Source of the DNA: Tubulanus polymorphus
Taxonomy: Eukaryota; Animalia; Nemertea
DNA length: 64,000 bases
Assembly (NCBI RefSeq): GCF_964204645.1
Contig: NC_134028.1
Span: 186,001 to 250,000 of the forward strand
Direction of reading: 5' to 3'
The translations under genes and the position numbers were made by a program. Shown piece after piece: positions 41,101-54,700 of this stretch. The number at the start of each line of letters is the position of its first letter. Within the stretch, counting starts at the first letter, position 1. The notes beneath the pieces are model-generated. The model was not told the origin of the DNA, searched no databases, and saw nothing but the letters and a program-made list of their open reading frames with translations.

Positions 41101-41955
41101 TTTGAAATCAGTTCAGTTCACCCTAACTCATCAATTAAGATAGAATTCATCATCTTTAGGACCCTATTTTGCAAGAAAAATCTGTATCTTTCAGTCCATC
41201 TACTCGAAATCAGTTCAGTTTACCTTAACCTATCATTTCAGATCGAGTCCATCATCTTCAGGAGCATAAATAGCCAGAAAATTCTTAATCTTTCCACCTA
41301 TCTATTTGAAATCAGTTCAATACGCCTTAGCCCATCTTTTCAGATTGAGTCCATCATCTTCAGAACCAAAGGCAGCCAGAAAATTCTGATTCTTTCCACC
41401 TATCTATTTGAAATCAGTTCAGTTCACCCTAACTCATCAATTAAGATAGAATTCATCATCTTTAGGACCCTATTTTGCAAGAAAAATCTGTATCTTTCAG
41501 TCCATCTACTCGAAATCAGTTCAGTTTACCTTAACCTATCATTTCAGATCGAGTCCATCATCTTCAGGAGCATAAATAACCAGAAAATTCTTAATCTTTC
41601 AACCTATCTGTTTGAAATCAGTTCAGTACACCCTAACCCATCAATTAAGATAGAATTCATCATCTTTAGGACCCTATTTTGCAAGAAAAATCTGTATCTT
41701 TCAGTCCATCTACTCGAAATCAGTTCAGTTTACCTTAACCTATCATTTCAGATCGAGTCCATCATCTTCAGGAGCATAAATAACCAGAAAATTCTTAATC
41801 TTTCCACCTATCTATTTGAAATCAGTTCAATACGCCTTAGCCCATCTTTTCAGATTCAGTCCATCATCTTCAGAACCAAAGGCAGCCAGAAAATTCTTAA
41901 TCTTTCCACCTATCTGTTTGAAATCAGTTCAGTTCACCCTAACCCATCAATTTAG
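38122..41955 (+). other. Repeat-derived ORF (1277 aa of 34-aa repeats), probably non-coding; same applies to 22618-24819, 27514-29715, 43018-46851, 2923-3495 and 59630-60724
   Basis: The monomer is 34 codons and all three consensus monomers lack stops in + frame 1. The ATG is a point variant (CTG in the copies at 47914, 52809 and 57705) and the stop is an AAG>TAG variant. There is no non-repeat N- or C-terminal domain. Monomer differences are spread over all codon positions. Confidence refers to the non-coding call. Confidence 0.85.
39781..41412 (+). repeat. 816-bp 8-mer (AB+ABC+ABC) tandem duplication inside HOR-beta (exemplar; boundaries approximate)
   Basis: The TCCATCTATC allele occurs in pairs 816 bp apart: 35381/36197, 40277/41093, 45173/45989 and 50068/50884. 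The TATCCA allele is paired in the same way. Confidence 0.9.
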
Positions 41956-44268
41956 ATAGAATTCATCATCTTTAGGACCCTATTTTGCAAGAAAAACCTG
42001 TATCTTTCAGTCCATCTGCTCGAAATCAGTTCAGTTTACCTTAACCTATCATTTCAGATCGAGTCCATCATCTTCAGGAGCATAAATAGCCAGAAAATTC
42101 TTAATCTTTCCACCTATCTATTTGAAATCAGTTCAATACGCCTTAACACATCTTTTCAGATTGAATCCATCATCTTCAGAACCAAAAGCAGCCAGAAAAT
42201 TCTGATTCTTTCAACCTATCTATTTGAAATCAGTTCAGTACACCCTAACCCATCAATTAAGATAGAACTCATCATCTTTAGGACCCTATTTTGCAAGAAA
42301 AATCTGTATCTTTCAGTCCATCTGCTCGAAATCAGTTCAGTTTACCTTAACCTATCATTTCAGATCGAGTCCATCATCTTCAGGAGCATAAATAGCCAGA
42401 AAATTCTTAATCTTTCCACCTATCTATTTGAAATCAGTTCAATACGCCTTAACACATCTTTTCAGATTGAATCCATCATCTTCAGAACCAAAAGCAGCCA
42501 GAAAATTCTTAATCTTTCAACCTATCTATTTGAAATCAGTTCAGTACACCCTAACCCATCAATTAAGATAGAATTCATCATCTTTAGGACCCTATTTTGC
42601 AAGAAAAATCTGTATCTTTCAGTCCATCTACTCGAAATCAGTTCAGTTTACCTTAACCTATCATTTCAGATCGAGTCCATCATCTTCAGGAGCATAAATA
42701 GCCAGAAAATTCTTAATCTTTCCACCTATCTATTTGAAATCAGTTCAATACGCCTTAGCCCATCTTTTCAGATTGAGTCCATCATCTTCAGAACCAAAGG
42801 CAGCCAGAAAATTCTGATTCTTTCCACCTATCTATTTGAAATCAGTTCAGTTCACCCTAACCCATCAATTAAGATAGAATTCATCATCTTTAGGACCCTA
42901 TTTTGCAAGAAAAATCTGTATCTTTCAGTCCATCTACTCGAAATCAGTTCAGTTTACCTTAACCTATCATTTCAGATCGAGTCCATCATCTTCAGGAGCA
43001 TAAATAGCCAGATAATTATGAATCTTTCCACCTATCTATTTGAAATCAGTTCAATACGCCTTAGCCCATCTTTTCAGATTCAGTCCATCATCTTCAGAAC
43101 CAAAGGCAGCCAGAAAATTCTGATTCTTTCCACCTATCTATTTGAAATCAGTTCAGTTCACCCTAACCCATCAATTAAGATAGAATTCATCATCTTTAGG
43201 ACCCTATTTTGCAAGAAAAATCTGTATCTTTCAGTCCATCTACTCGAAATCAGTTCAGTTTACCTTAACCTATCATTTCAGATCGAGTCCATCATCTTCA
43301 AGAGCATAAATAGCCAGGAAATTCTTAATCTTTCCACCTATCTATTTGAAATCAGTTCAATACGCCTTAACCCATCTTTTCAGATTGAGTCCATCATCTT
43401 CAGAACCAAAGGCAGCAAGAAAATTCTGATTCTTTCAACCTATCTATTTGAAATCAGTTCAGTACACCCTAACCGATCATTTAAGATAGAACTCATCATC
43501 TTTAGGACCCTATTTTGCAAGAAAAATCTGTATCTTTCAGTCCATCTGCTCGAAATCAGTTCAGTTTACCTTAACCTATCATTTCAGATCGAGTCCATCA
43601 TCTTCAGGAGCATAAATAGCCAGAAAATTCTTAATCTTTCCACCTATCTATTTGAAATCAGTTCAATACGCCTTAACACATCTTTTCAGATTGAATCCAT
43701 CATCTTCAGAACCAAAAGCAGCCAGAAAATTCTTAATCTTTCAACCTATCTATTTGAAATCAGTTCAGTACACCCTAACCCATCAATTAAGATAGAATTC
43801 ATCATCTTTAGGACCCTATTTTGCAAGAAAAATCTGTATCTTTCAGTCCATCTACTTGAAATCAGTTCAGTTTACCTTAACCTATCATTTCAGATCGAGT
43901 CCATCATCTTCAGGAGCATAAATAGCCAGAAAATTCTTAATCTTTCCACCTATCTATTTGAAATCAGTTCAATACGCCTTAGCCCATCTTTTCAGATTGA
44001 GTCCATCATCTTCAGAACCAAAGGCAGCCAGAAAATTCTGATTCTTTCAACCTATCTATTTGAAATCAGTTCAGTTCACCCTAACCCATCAATTAAGATA
44101 GAATTCATCATCTTTAGGACCCTATTTTGCAAGAAAAATCTGTATCGTTCAGTCCATCTACTCGAAATCAGTTCAGTTTACCTTAACCTATCATTTCAGA
44201 TCGAGTCCATCATCTTCAGGAGCATAAATAACCAGAAAATTCTTAATCTTTCAACCTATCTGTTTGAA

Positions 44269-44370
44269 ATCAGTTCAGTACACCCTAACCCATCAATTAA
44301 GATAGAATTCATCATCTTCAGAACCAAAAGCAGCCAGAAAATTCTTAATCTTTCAACCTATCTATTTGAA
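44269..44370 (+). repeat. Chimeric A/C' monomer
   Basis: The 5' half is type A (...AAGATAGAATTCATCATCTT) and the 3' half is type C' (CAGAACCAAAAGCAGCC...). The switch lies inside the shared CATCATCTT box. The homologous slot in the other HOR copies (e.g. 39373) is a pure C'. Confidence 0.93.
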
Positions 44371-47300
44371 ATCAGTTCAGTACACCCTAACCCATCAATT
44401 AAGATAGAATTCATCATCTTTAGGACCCTATTTTGCAAGAAAAATCTGTATCTTTCAGTCCGTCTACTCGAAATCAGTTCAGTTTACCTTAACCTATCAT
44501 TTCAGATCGAGTCCATCATCTTCAGGAGCATAAATAGCCAGAAAATTCTTAATCTTTCCACCTATCTATTTGAAATCAGTTCAATACGCCTTAGCCCATC
44601 TTTTCAGATTGAGTCCATCATCTTCAGAACCAAAGGCAGCCAGAAAATTCTGATTCTTTCCACCTATCTATTTGAAATCAGTTCAGTTCACCCTAACCCA
44701 TCAATTAAGATAGAATTCATCATCTTTAGGACCCTATTTTGCAAGAAAAATCTGTATCTTTCAGTCCATCTACTCGAAATCAGTTCAGTTTACCTTAACC
44801 TATCATTTCAGATCGAGTCCATCATCTTCAGGAGCATAAATAGCCAGAAAATTCTTAATCTTTCCACCTATCCATTTGAAATCAGTTCAGTACACCCTAA
44901 CCCATCAATTAAGATAGAATTCATCATCTTTAGGACCCTATTTTGCAAGAAAAATCTGTATCTTTCAGTCCATCTACTCGAAATCAGTTCAGTTTACCTT
45001 AACCTATCATTTCAGATCGAGTCCATCATCTTCAGGAGCATAAATAGCCAGAAAATTCTTAATCTTTCCACCTATCTATTTGAAATCAGTTCAATACGCC
45101 TTAGCCCATCTTTTCAGATTGAGTCCATCATCTTCAGAACCAAAGGCAGCCAGAAAATTCTGATTCTTTCCATCTATCTATTTGAAATCAGTTCAGTTCA
45201 CCCTAACTCATCAATTAAGATAGAATTCATCATCTTTAGGACCCTATTTTGCAAGAAAAATCTGTATCTTTCAGTCCATCTACTCGAAATCAGTTCAGTT
45301 TACCTTAACCTATCATTTCAGATCGAGTCCATCATCTTCAGGAGCATAAATAGCCAGAAAATTCTTAATCTTTCCACCTATCTATTTGAAATCAGTTCAA
45401 TACGCCTTAGCCCATCTTTTCAGATTGAGTCCATCATCTTCAGAACCAAAGGCAGCCAGAAAATTCTGATTCTTTCCACCTATCTATTTGAAATCAGTTC
45501 AGTTCACCCTAACTCATCAATTAAGATAGAATTCATCATCTTTAGGACCCTATTTTGCAAGAAAAATCTGTATCTTTCAGTCCATCTACTCGAAATCAGT
45601 TCAGTTTACCTTAACCTATCATTTCAGATCGAGTCCATCATCTTCAGGAGCATAAATAGCCAGAAAATTCTTAATCTTTCCACCTATCCATTTGAAATCA
45701 GTTCAGTACACCCTAACCCATCAATTAAGATAGAATTCATCATCTTTAGGACCCTATTTTGCAAGAAAAATCTGTATCTTTCAGTCCATCTACTCGAAAT
45801 CAGTTCAGTTTACCTTAACCTATCATTTCAGATCGAGTCCATCATCTTCAGGAGCATAAATAGCCAGAAAATTCTTAATCTTTCCACCTATCTATTTGAA
45901 ATCAGTTCAATACGCCTTAGCCCATCTTTTCAGATTGAGTCCATCATCTTCAGAACCAAAGGCAGCCAGAAAATTCTGATTCTTTCCATCTATCTATTTG
46001 AAATCAGTTCAGTTCACCCTAACTCATCAATTAAGATAGAATTCATCATCTTTAGGACCCTATTTTGCAAGAAAAATCTGTATCTTTCAGTCCATCTACT
46101 CGAAATCAGTTCAGTTTACCTTAACCTATCATTTCAGATCGAGTCCATCATCTTCAGGAGCATAAATAGCCAGAAAATTCTTAATCTTTCCACCTATCTA
46201 TTTGAAATCAGTTCAATACGCCTTAGCCCATCTTTTCAGATTGAGTCCATCATCTTCAGAACCAAAGGCAGCCAGAAAATTCTGATTCTTTCCACCTATC
46301 TATTTGAAATCAGTTCAGTTCACCCTAACTCATCAATTAAGATAGAATTCATCATCTTTAGGACCCTATTTTGCAAGAAAAATCTGTATCTTTCAGTCCA
46401 TCTACTCGAAATCAGTTCAGTTTACCTTAACCTATCATTTCAGATCGAGTCCATCATCTTCAGGAGCATAAATAACCAGAAAATTCTTAATCTTTCAACC
46501 TATCTGTTTGAAATCAGTTCAGTACACCCTAACCCATCAATTAAGATAGAATTCATCATCTTTAGGACCCTATTTTGCAAGAAAAATCTGTATCTTTCAG
46601 TCCATCTACTCGAAATCAGTTCAGTTTACCTTAACCTATCATTTCAGATCGAGTCCATCATCTTCAGGAGCATAAATAACCAGAAAATTCTTAATCTTTC
46701 CACCTATCTATTTGAAATCAGTTCAATACGCCTTAGCCCATCTTTTCAGATTCAGTCCATCATCTTCAGAACCAAAGGCAGCCAGAAAATTCTTAATCTT
46801 TCCACCTATCTGTTTGAAATCAGTTCAGTTCACCCTAACCCATCAATTTAGATAGAATTCATCATCTTTAGGACCCTATTTTGCAAGAAAAACCTGTATC
46901 TTTCAGTCCATCTGCTCGAAATCAGTTCAGTTTACCTTAACCTATCATTTCAGATCGAGTCCATCATCTTCAGGAGCATAAATAGCCAGAAAATTCTTAA
47001 TCTTTCCACCTATCTATTTGAAATCAGTTCAATACGCCTTAACACATCTTTTCAGATTGAATCCATCATCTTCAGAACCAAAAGCAGCCAGAAAATTCTG
47101 ATTCTTTCAACCTATCTATTTGAAATCAGTTCAGTACACCCTAACCCATCAATTAAGATAGAACTCATCATCTTTAGGACCCTATTTTGCAAGAAAAATC
47201 TGTATCTTTCAGTCCATCTGCTCGAAATCAGTTCAGTTTACCTTAACCTATCATTTCAGATCGAGTCCATCATCTTCAGGAGCATAAATAGCCAGAAAAT

Positions 47301-50300
47301 TCTTAATCTTTCCACCTATCTATTTGAAATCAGTTCAATACGCCTTAACACATCTTTTCAGATTGAATCCATCATCTTCAGAACCAAAAGCAGCCAGAAA
47401 ATTCTTAATCTTTCAACCTATCTATTTGAAATCAGTTCAGTACACCCTAACCCATCAATTAAGATAGAATTCATCATCTTTAGGACCCTATTTTGCAAGA
47501 AAAATCTGTATCTTTCAGTCCATCTACTCGAAATCAGTTCAGTTTACCTTAACCTATCATTTCAGATCGAGTCCATCATCTTCAGGAGCATAAATAGCCA
47601 GAAAATTCTTAATCTTTCCACCTATCTATTTGAAATCAGTTCAATACGCCTTAGCCCATCTTTTCAGATTGAGTCCATCATCTTCAGAACCAAAGGCAGC
47701 CAGAAAATTCTGATTCTTTCCACCTATCTATTTGAAATCAGTTCAGTTCACCCTAACCCATCAATTAAGATAGAATTCATCATCTTTAGGACCCTATTTT
47801 GCAAGAAAAATCTGTATCTTTCAGTCCATCTACTCGAAATCAGTTCAGTTTACCTTAACCTATCATTTCAGATCGAGTCCATCATCTTCAGGAGCATAAA
47901 TAGCCAGATAATTCTGAATCTTTCCACCTATCTATTTGAAATCAGTTCAATACGCCTTAGCCCATCTTTTCAGATTCAGTCCATCATCTTCAGAACCAAA
48001 GGCAGCCAGAAAATTCTGATTCTTTCCACCTATCTATTTGAAATCAGTTCAGTTCACCCTAACCCATCAATTAAGATAGAATTCATCATCTTTAGGACCC
48101 TATTTTGCAAGAAAAATCTGTATCTTTCAGTCCATCTACTCGAAATCAGTTCAGTTTACCTTAACCTATCATTTCAGATCGAGTCCATCATCTTCAAGAG
48201 CATAAATAGCCAGGAAATTCTTAATCTTTCCACCTATCTATTTGAAATCAGTTCAATACGCCTTAACCCATCTTTTCAGATTGAGTCCATCATCTTCAGA
48301 ACCAAAGGCAGCAAGAAAATTCTGATTCTTTCAACCTATCTATTTGAAATCAGTTCAGTACACCCTAACCGATCATTTAAGATAGAACTCATCATCTTTA
48401 GGACCCTATTTTGCAAGAAAAATCTGTATCTTTCAGTCCATCTGCTCGAAATCAGTTCAGTTTACCTTAACCTATCATTTCAGATCGAGTCCATCATCTT
48501 CAGGAGCATAAATAGCCAGAAAATTCTTAATCTTTCCACCTATCTATTTGAAATCAGTTCAATACGCCTTAACACATCTTTCAGATTGAATCCATCATCT
48601 TCAGAACCAAAAGCAGCCAGAAAATTCTTAATCTTTCAACCTATCTATTTGAAATCAGTTCAGTACACCCTAACCCATCAATTAAGATAGAATTCATCAT
48701 CTTTAGGACCCTATTTTGCAAGAAAAATCTGTATCTTTCAGTCCATCTACTTGAAATCAGTTCAGTTTACCTTAACCTATCATTTCAGATCGAGTCCATC
48801 ATCTTCTGGAGCATAAATAGCCAGAAAATTCTTAATCTTTCCACCTATCTATTTGAAATCAGTTCAATACGCCTTAGCCCATCTTTTCAGATTGAGTCCA
48901 TCATCTTCAGAACCAAAGGCAGCCAGAAAATTCTGATTCTTTCAACCTATCTATTTGAAATCAGTTCAGTTCACCCTAACCCATCAATTAAGATAGAATT
49001 CATCATCTTTAGGACCCTATTTTGCAAGAAAAATCTGTATCTTTCAGTCCATCTACTCGAAATCAGTTCAGTTTACCTTAACCTATCATTTCAGATCGAG
49101 TCCATCATCTTCAGGAGCATAAATAGCCAGAAAATTCTTAATCTTTCCACCTATCTATTTGAAATCAGTTCAATACGCCTTAACACATCTTTTCAGATTG
49201 AATCCATCATCTTCAGAACCAAAAGCAGCCAGAAAATTCTTAATCTTTCAACCTATCTATTTGAAATCAGTTCAGTACACCCTAACCCATCAATTAAGAT
49301 AGAATTCATCATCTTTAGGACCCTATTTTGCAAGAAAAATCTGTATCTTTCAGTCCGTCTACTCGAAATCAGTTCAGTTTACCTTAACCTATCATTTCAG
49401 ATCGAGTCCATCATCTTCAGGAGCATAAATAGCCAGAAAATTCTTAATCTTTCCACCTATCTATTTGAAATCAGTTCAATACGCCTTAGCCCATCTTTTC
49501 AGATTGAGTCCATCATCTTCAGAACCAAAGGCAGCCAGAAAATTCTGATTCTTTCCACCTATCTATTTGAAATCAGTTCAGTTCACCCTAACCCATCAAT
49601 TAAGATAGAATTCATCATCTTTAGGACCCTATTTTGCAAGAAAAATCTGTATCTTTCAGTCCATCTACTCGAAATCAGTTCAGTTTACCTTAACCTATCA
49701 TTTCAGATCGAGTCCATCATCTTCAGGAGCATAAATAGCCAGAAAATTCTTAATCTTTCCACCTATCCATTTGAAATCAGTTCAGTACACCCTAACCCAT
49801 CAATTAAGATAGAATTCATCATCTTTAGGACCCTATTTTGCAAGAAAAATCTGTATCTTTCAGTCCATCTACTCGAAATCAGTTCAGTTTACCTTAACCT
49901 ATCATTTCAGATCGAGTCCATCATCTTCAGGAGCATAAATAGCCAGAAAATTCTTTATCTTTCCACCTATCTATTTGAAATCAGTTCAATACGCCTTAGC
50001 CCATCTTTTCAGATTGAGTCCATCACCTTCAGAACCAAAGGCAGCCAGAAAATTCTGATTCTTTCCATCTATCTATTTGAAATCAGTTCAGTTCACCCTA
50101 ACTCATCAATTAAGATAGAATTCATCATCTTTAGGACCCTATTTTGCAAGAAAAATCTGTATCTTTCAGTCCATCTACTCGAAATCAGTTCAGTTTACCT
50201 TAACCTATCATTTCAGATCGAGTCCATCATCTTCAGGAGCATAAATAGCCAGAAAATTCTTAATCTTTCCACCTATCTATTTGAAATCAGTTCAATACGC

Positions 50301-51713
50301 CTTAGCCCATCTTTTCAGATTGAGTCCATCATCTTCAGAACCAAAGGCAGCCAGAAAATTCTGATTCTTTCCACCTATCTATTTGAAATCAGTTCAGTTC
50401 ACCCTAACTCATCAATTAAGATAGAATTCATCATCTTTAGGACCCTATTTTGCAAGAAAAATCTGTATCTTTCAGTCCATCTACTCGAAATCAGTTCAGT
50501 TTACCTTAACCTATCATTTCAGATCGAGTCCATCATCTTCAGGAGCATAAATAGCCAGAAAATTCTTAATCTTTCCACCTATCCATTTGAAATCAGTTCA
50601 GTACACCCTAACCCATCAATTAAGATAGAATTCATCATCTTTAGGACCCTATTTTGCAAGAAAAATCTGTATCTTTCAGTCCATCTACTCGAAATCAGTT
50701 CAGTTTACCTTAACCTATCATTTCAGATCGAGTCCATCATCTTCAGGAGCATAAATAGCCAGAAAATTCTTAATCTTTCCACCTATCTATTTGAAATCAG
50801 TTCAATACGCCTTAGCCCATCTTTTCAGATTGAGTCCATCATCTTCAGAACCAAAGGCAGCCAGAAAATTCTGATTCTTTCCATCTATCTATTTGAAATC
50901 AGTTCAGTTCACCCTAACTCATCAATTAAGATAGAATTCATCATCTTTAGGACCCTATTTTGCAAGAAAAATCTGTATCTTTCAGTCCATCTACTCGAAA
51001 TCAGTTCAGTTTACCTTAACCTATCATTTCAGATCGAGTCCATCATCTTCAGGAGCATAAATAGCCAGAAAATTCTTAATCTTTCCACCTATCTATTTGA
51101 AATCAGTTCAATACGCCTTAGCCCATCTTTTCAGATTGAGTCCATCATCTTCAGAACCAAAGGCAGCCAGAAAATTCTGATTCTTTCCACCTATCTATTT
51201 GAAATCAGTTCAGTTCACCCTAACTCATCAATTAAGATAGAATTCATCATCTTTAGGACCCTATTTTGCAAGAAAAATCTGTATCTTTCAGTCCATCTAC
51301 TCGAAATCAGTTCAGTTTACCTTAACCTATCATTTCAGATCGAGTCCATCATCTTCAGGAGCATAAATAACCAGAAAATTCTTAATCTTTCAACCTATCT
51401 GTTTGAAATCAGTTCAGTACACCCTAACCCATCAATTAAGATAGAATTCATCATCTTTAGGACCCTATTTTGCAAGAAAAATCTGTATCTTTCAGTCCAT
51501 CTACTCGAAATCAGTTCAGTTTACCTTAACCTATCATTTCAGATCGAGTCCATCATCTTCAGGAGCATAAATAACCAGAAAATTCTTAATCTTTCCACCT
51601 ATCTATTTGAAATCAGTTCAATACGCCTTAGCCCATCTTTTCAGATTCAGTCCATCATCTTCAGAACCAAAGGCAGCCAGAAAATTCTTAATCTTTCCAC
51701 CTATCTGTTTGAA

Positions 51714-54700
51714 ATCAGTTCAGTTCACCCTAACCCATCAATTTAGATAGAATTCATCATCTTTAGGACCCTATTTTGCAAGAAAAACCTGTATCTTTCA
51801 GTCCATCTGCTCGAAATCAGTTCAGTTTACCTTAACCTATCATTTCAGATCGAGTCCATCATCTTCAGGAGCATAAATAGCCAGAAAATTCTTAATCTTT
51901 CCACCTATCTATTTGAAATCAGTTCAATACGCCTTAACACATCTTTTCAGATTGAATCCATCATCTTCAGAACCAAAAGCAGCCAGAAAATTCTGATTCT
52001 TTCAACCTATCTATTTGAAATCAGTTCAGTACACCCTAACCCATCAATTAAGATAGAACTCATCATCTTTAGGACCCTATTTTGCAAGAAAAATCTGTAT
52101 CTTTCAGTCCATCTGCTCGAAATCAGTTCAGTTTACCTTAACCTATCATTTCAGATCGAGTCCATCATCTTCAGGAGCATAAATAGCCAGAAAATTCTTA
52201 ATCTTTCCACCTATCTATTTGAAATCAGTTCAATACGCCTTAACACATCTTTTCAGATTGAATCCATCATCTTCAGAACCAAAAGCAGCCAGAAAATTCT
52301 TAATCTTTCAACCTATCTATTTGAAATCAGTTCAGTACACCCTAACCCATCAATTAAGATAGAATTCATCATCTTTAGGACCCTATTTTGCAAGAAAAAT
52401 CTGTATCTTTCAGTCCATCTACTCGAAATCAGTTCAGTTTACCTTAACCTATCATTTCAGATCGAGTCCATCATCTTCAGGAGCATAAATAGCCAGAAAA
52501 TTCTTAATCTTTCCACCTATCTATTTGAAATCAGTTCAATACGCCTTAGCCCATCTTTTCAGATTGAGTCCATCATCTTCAGAACCAAAGGCAGCCAGAA
52601 AATTCTGATTCTTTCCACCTATCTATTTGAAATCAGTTCAGTTCACCCTAACCCATCAATTAAGGTAGAATTCATCATCTTTAGGACCCTATTTTGCAAG
52701 AAAAATCTGTATCTTTCAGTCCATCTACTCGAAATCAGTTCAGTTTACCTTAACCTATCATTTCAGATCGAGTCCATCATCTTCAGGAGCATAAATAGCC
52801 AGATAATTCTGAATCTTTCCACCTATCTATTTGAAATCAGTTCAATACGCCTTAGCCCATCTTTTCAGATTCAGTCCATCATCTTCAGAACCAAAGGCAG
52901 CCAGAAAATTCTGATTCTTTCCACCTATCTATTTGAAATCAGTTCAGTTCACCCTAACCCATCAATTAAGATAGAATTCATCATCTTTAGGACCCTATTT
53001 TGCAAGAAAAATCTGTATCTTTCAGTCCATCTACTCGAAATCAGTTCAGTTTACCTTAACCTATCATTTCAGATCGAGTCCATCATCTTCAAGAGCATAA
53101 ATAGCCAGGAAATTCTTAATCTTTCCACCTATCTATTTGAAATCAGTTCAATACGCCTTAACCCATCTTTTCAGATTGAGTCCATCATCTTCAGAACCAA
53201 AGGCAGCAAGAAAATTCTGATTCTTTCAACCTATCTATTTGAAATCAGTTCAGTACACCCTAACCGATCATTTAAGATAGAACTCATCATCTTTAGGACC
53301 CTATTTTGCAAGAAAAATCTGTATCTTTCAGTCCATCTGCTCGAAATCAGTTCAGTTTACCTTAACCTATCATTTCAGATCGAGTCCATCATCTTCAGGA
53401 GCATAAATAGCCAGAAAATTCTTAATCTTTCCACCTATCTATTTGAAATCAGTTCAATACGCCTTAACACATCTTTTCAGATTGAATCCATCATCTTCAG
53501 AACCAAAAGCAGCCAGAAAATTCTTAATCTTTCAACCTATCTATTTGAAATCAGTTCAGTACACCCTAACCCATCAATTAAGATAGAATTCATCATCTTT
53601 AGGACCCTATTTTGCAAGAAAAATCTGTATCTTTCAGTCCGTCTACTCGAAATCAGTTCAGTTTACCTTAACCTATCATTTCAGATCGAGTCCATCATCT
53701 TCAGGAGCATAAATAGCCAGAAAATTCTTAATCTTTCCACCTATCTATTTGAAATCAGTTCAATACGCCTTAGCCCATCTTTTCAGATTGAGTCCATCAT
53801 CTTCAGAACCAAAGGCAGCCAGAAAATTCTGATTCTTTCCACCTATCTATTTGAAATCAGTTCAGTTCACCCTAACCCATCAATTAAGATAGAATTCATC
53901 ATCTTTAGGACCCTATTTTGCAAGAAAAATCTGTATCTTTCAGTCCATCTACTCGAAATCAGTTCAGTTTACCTTAACCTATCATTTCAGATCGAGTCCA
54001 TCATCTTCAGGAGCATAAATAGCCAGAAAATTCTTAATCTTTCCACCTATCCATTTGAAATCAGTTCAGTACACCCTAACCCATCAATTAAGATAGAATT
54101 CATCATCTTTAGGACCCTATTTTGCAAGAAAAATCTGTATCTTTCAGTCCATCTACTCGAAATCAGTTCAGTTTACCTTAACCTATCATTTCAGATCGAG
54201 TCCATCATCTTCAGGAGCATAAATAGCCAGAAAATTCTTAATCTTTCCACCTATCTATTTGAAATCAGTTCAATACGCCTTAGCCCATCTTTTCAGATTG
54301 AGTCCATCATCTTCAGAACCAAAGGCAGCCAGAAAATTCTGATTCTTTCCATCTATCTATTTGAAATCAGTTCAGTTCACCCTAACTCATCAATTAAGAT
54401 AGAATTCATCATCTTTAGGACCCTATTTTGCAAGAAAAATCTGTATCTTTCAGTCCATCTACTCGAAATCAGTTCAGTTTACCTTAACCTATCATTTCAG
54501 ATCGAGTCCATCATCTTCAGGAGCATAAATAGCCAGAAAATTCTTAATCTTTCCACCTATCTATTTGAAATCAGTTCAATACGCCTTAGCCCATCTTTTC
54601 AGATTGAGTCCATCATCTTCAGAACCAAAGGCAGCCAGAAAATTCTGATTCTTTCCACCTATCTATTTGAAATCAGTTCAGTTCACCCTAACTCATCAAT

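Larger units (their letters stand above)
37027..51713 (+). repeat. HOR-beta: 4,896-bp 48-mer, three copies (37027-41922, 41923-46818, 46819-51713), preceded by a truncated 31-mer (33865-37026)
   Basis: TAG marker at 37057/41953/46849/51744; GATAATT(A/C)TG at 38122/43018/47914; GTCCGT at 39566/44462/49357. The third copy has a 1-bp deletion near 48580. Confidence 0.93.

Noticed and set aside
22618-46851. 733-aa and 1277-aa ORFs as genuine TPR, TALE, PPR or ankyrin repeat genes
   Set aside because: They lack the Ala/Gly/Tyr TPR pattern and the LTPEQVVAIAS..GGKQAL TALE consensus. They have no unique termini, the start and stop are sporadic SNPs of the satellite, and identical repeat sequence continues on both sides.
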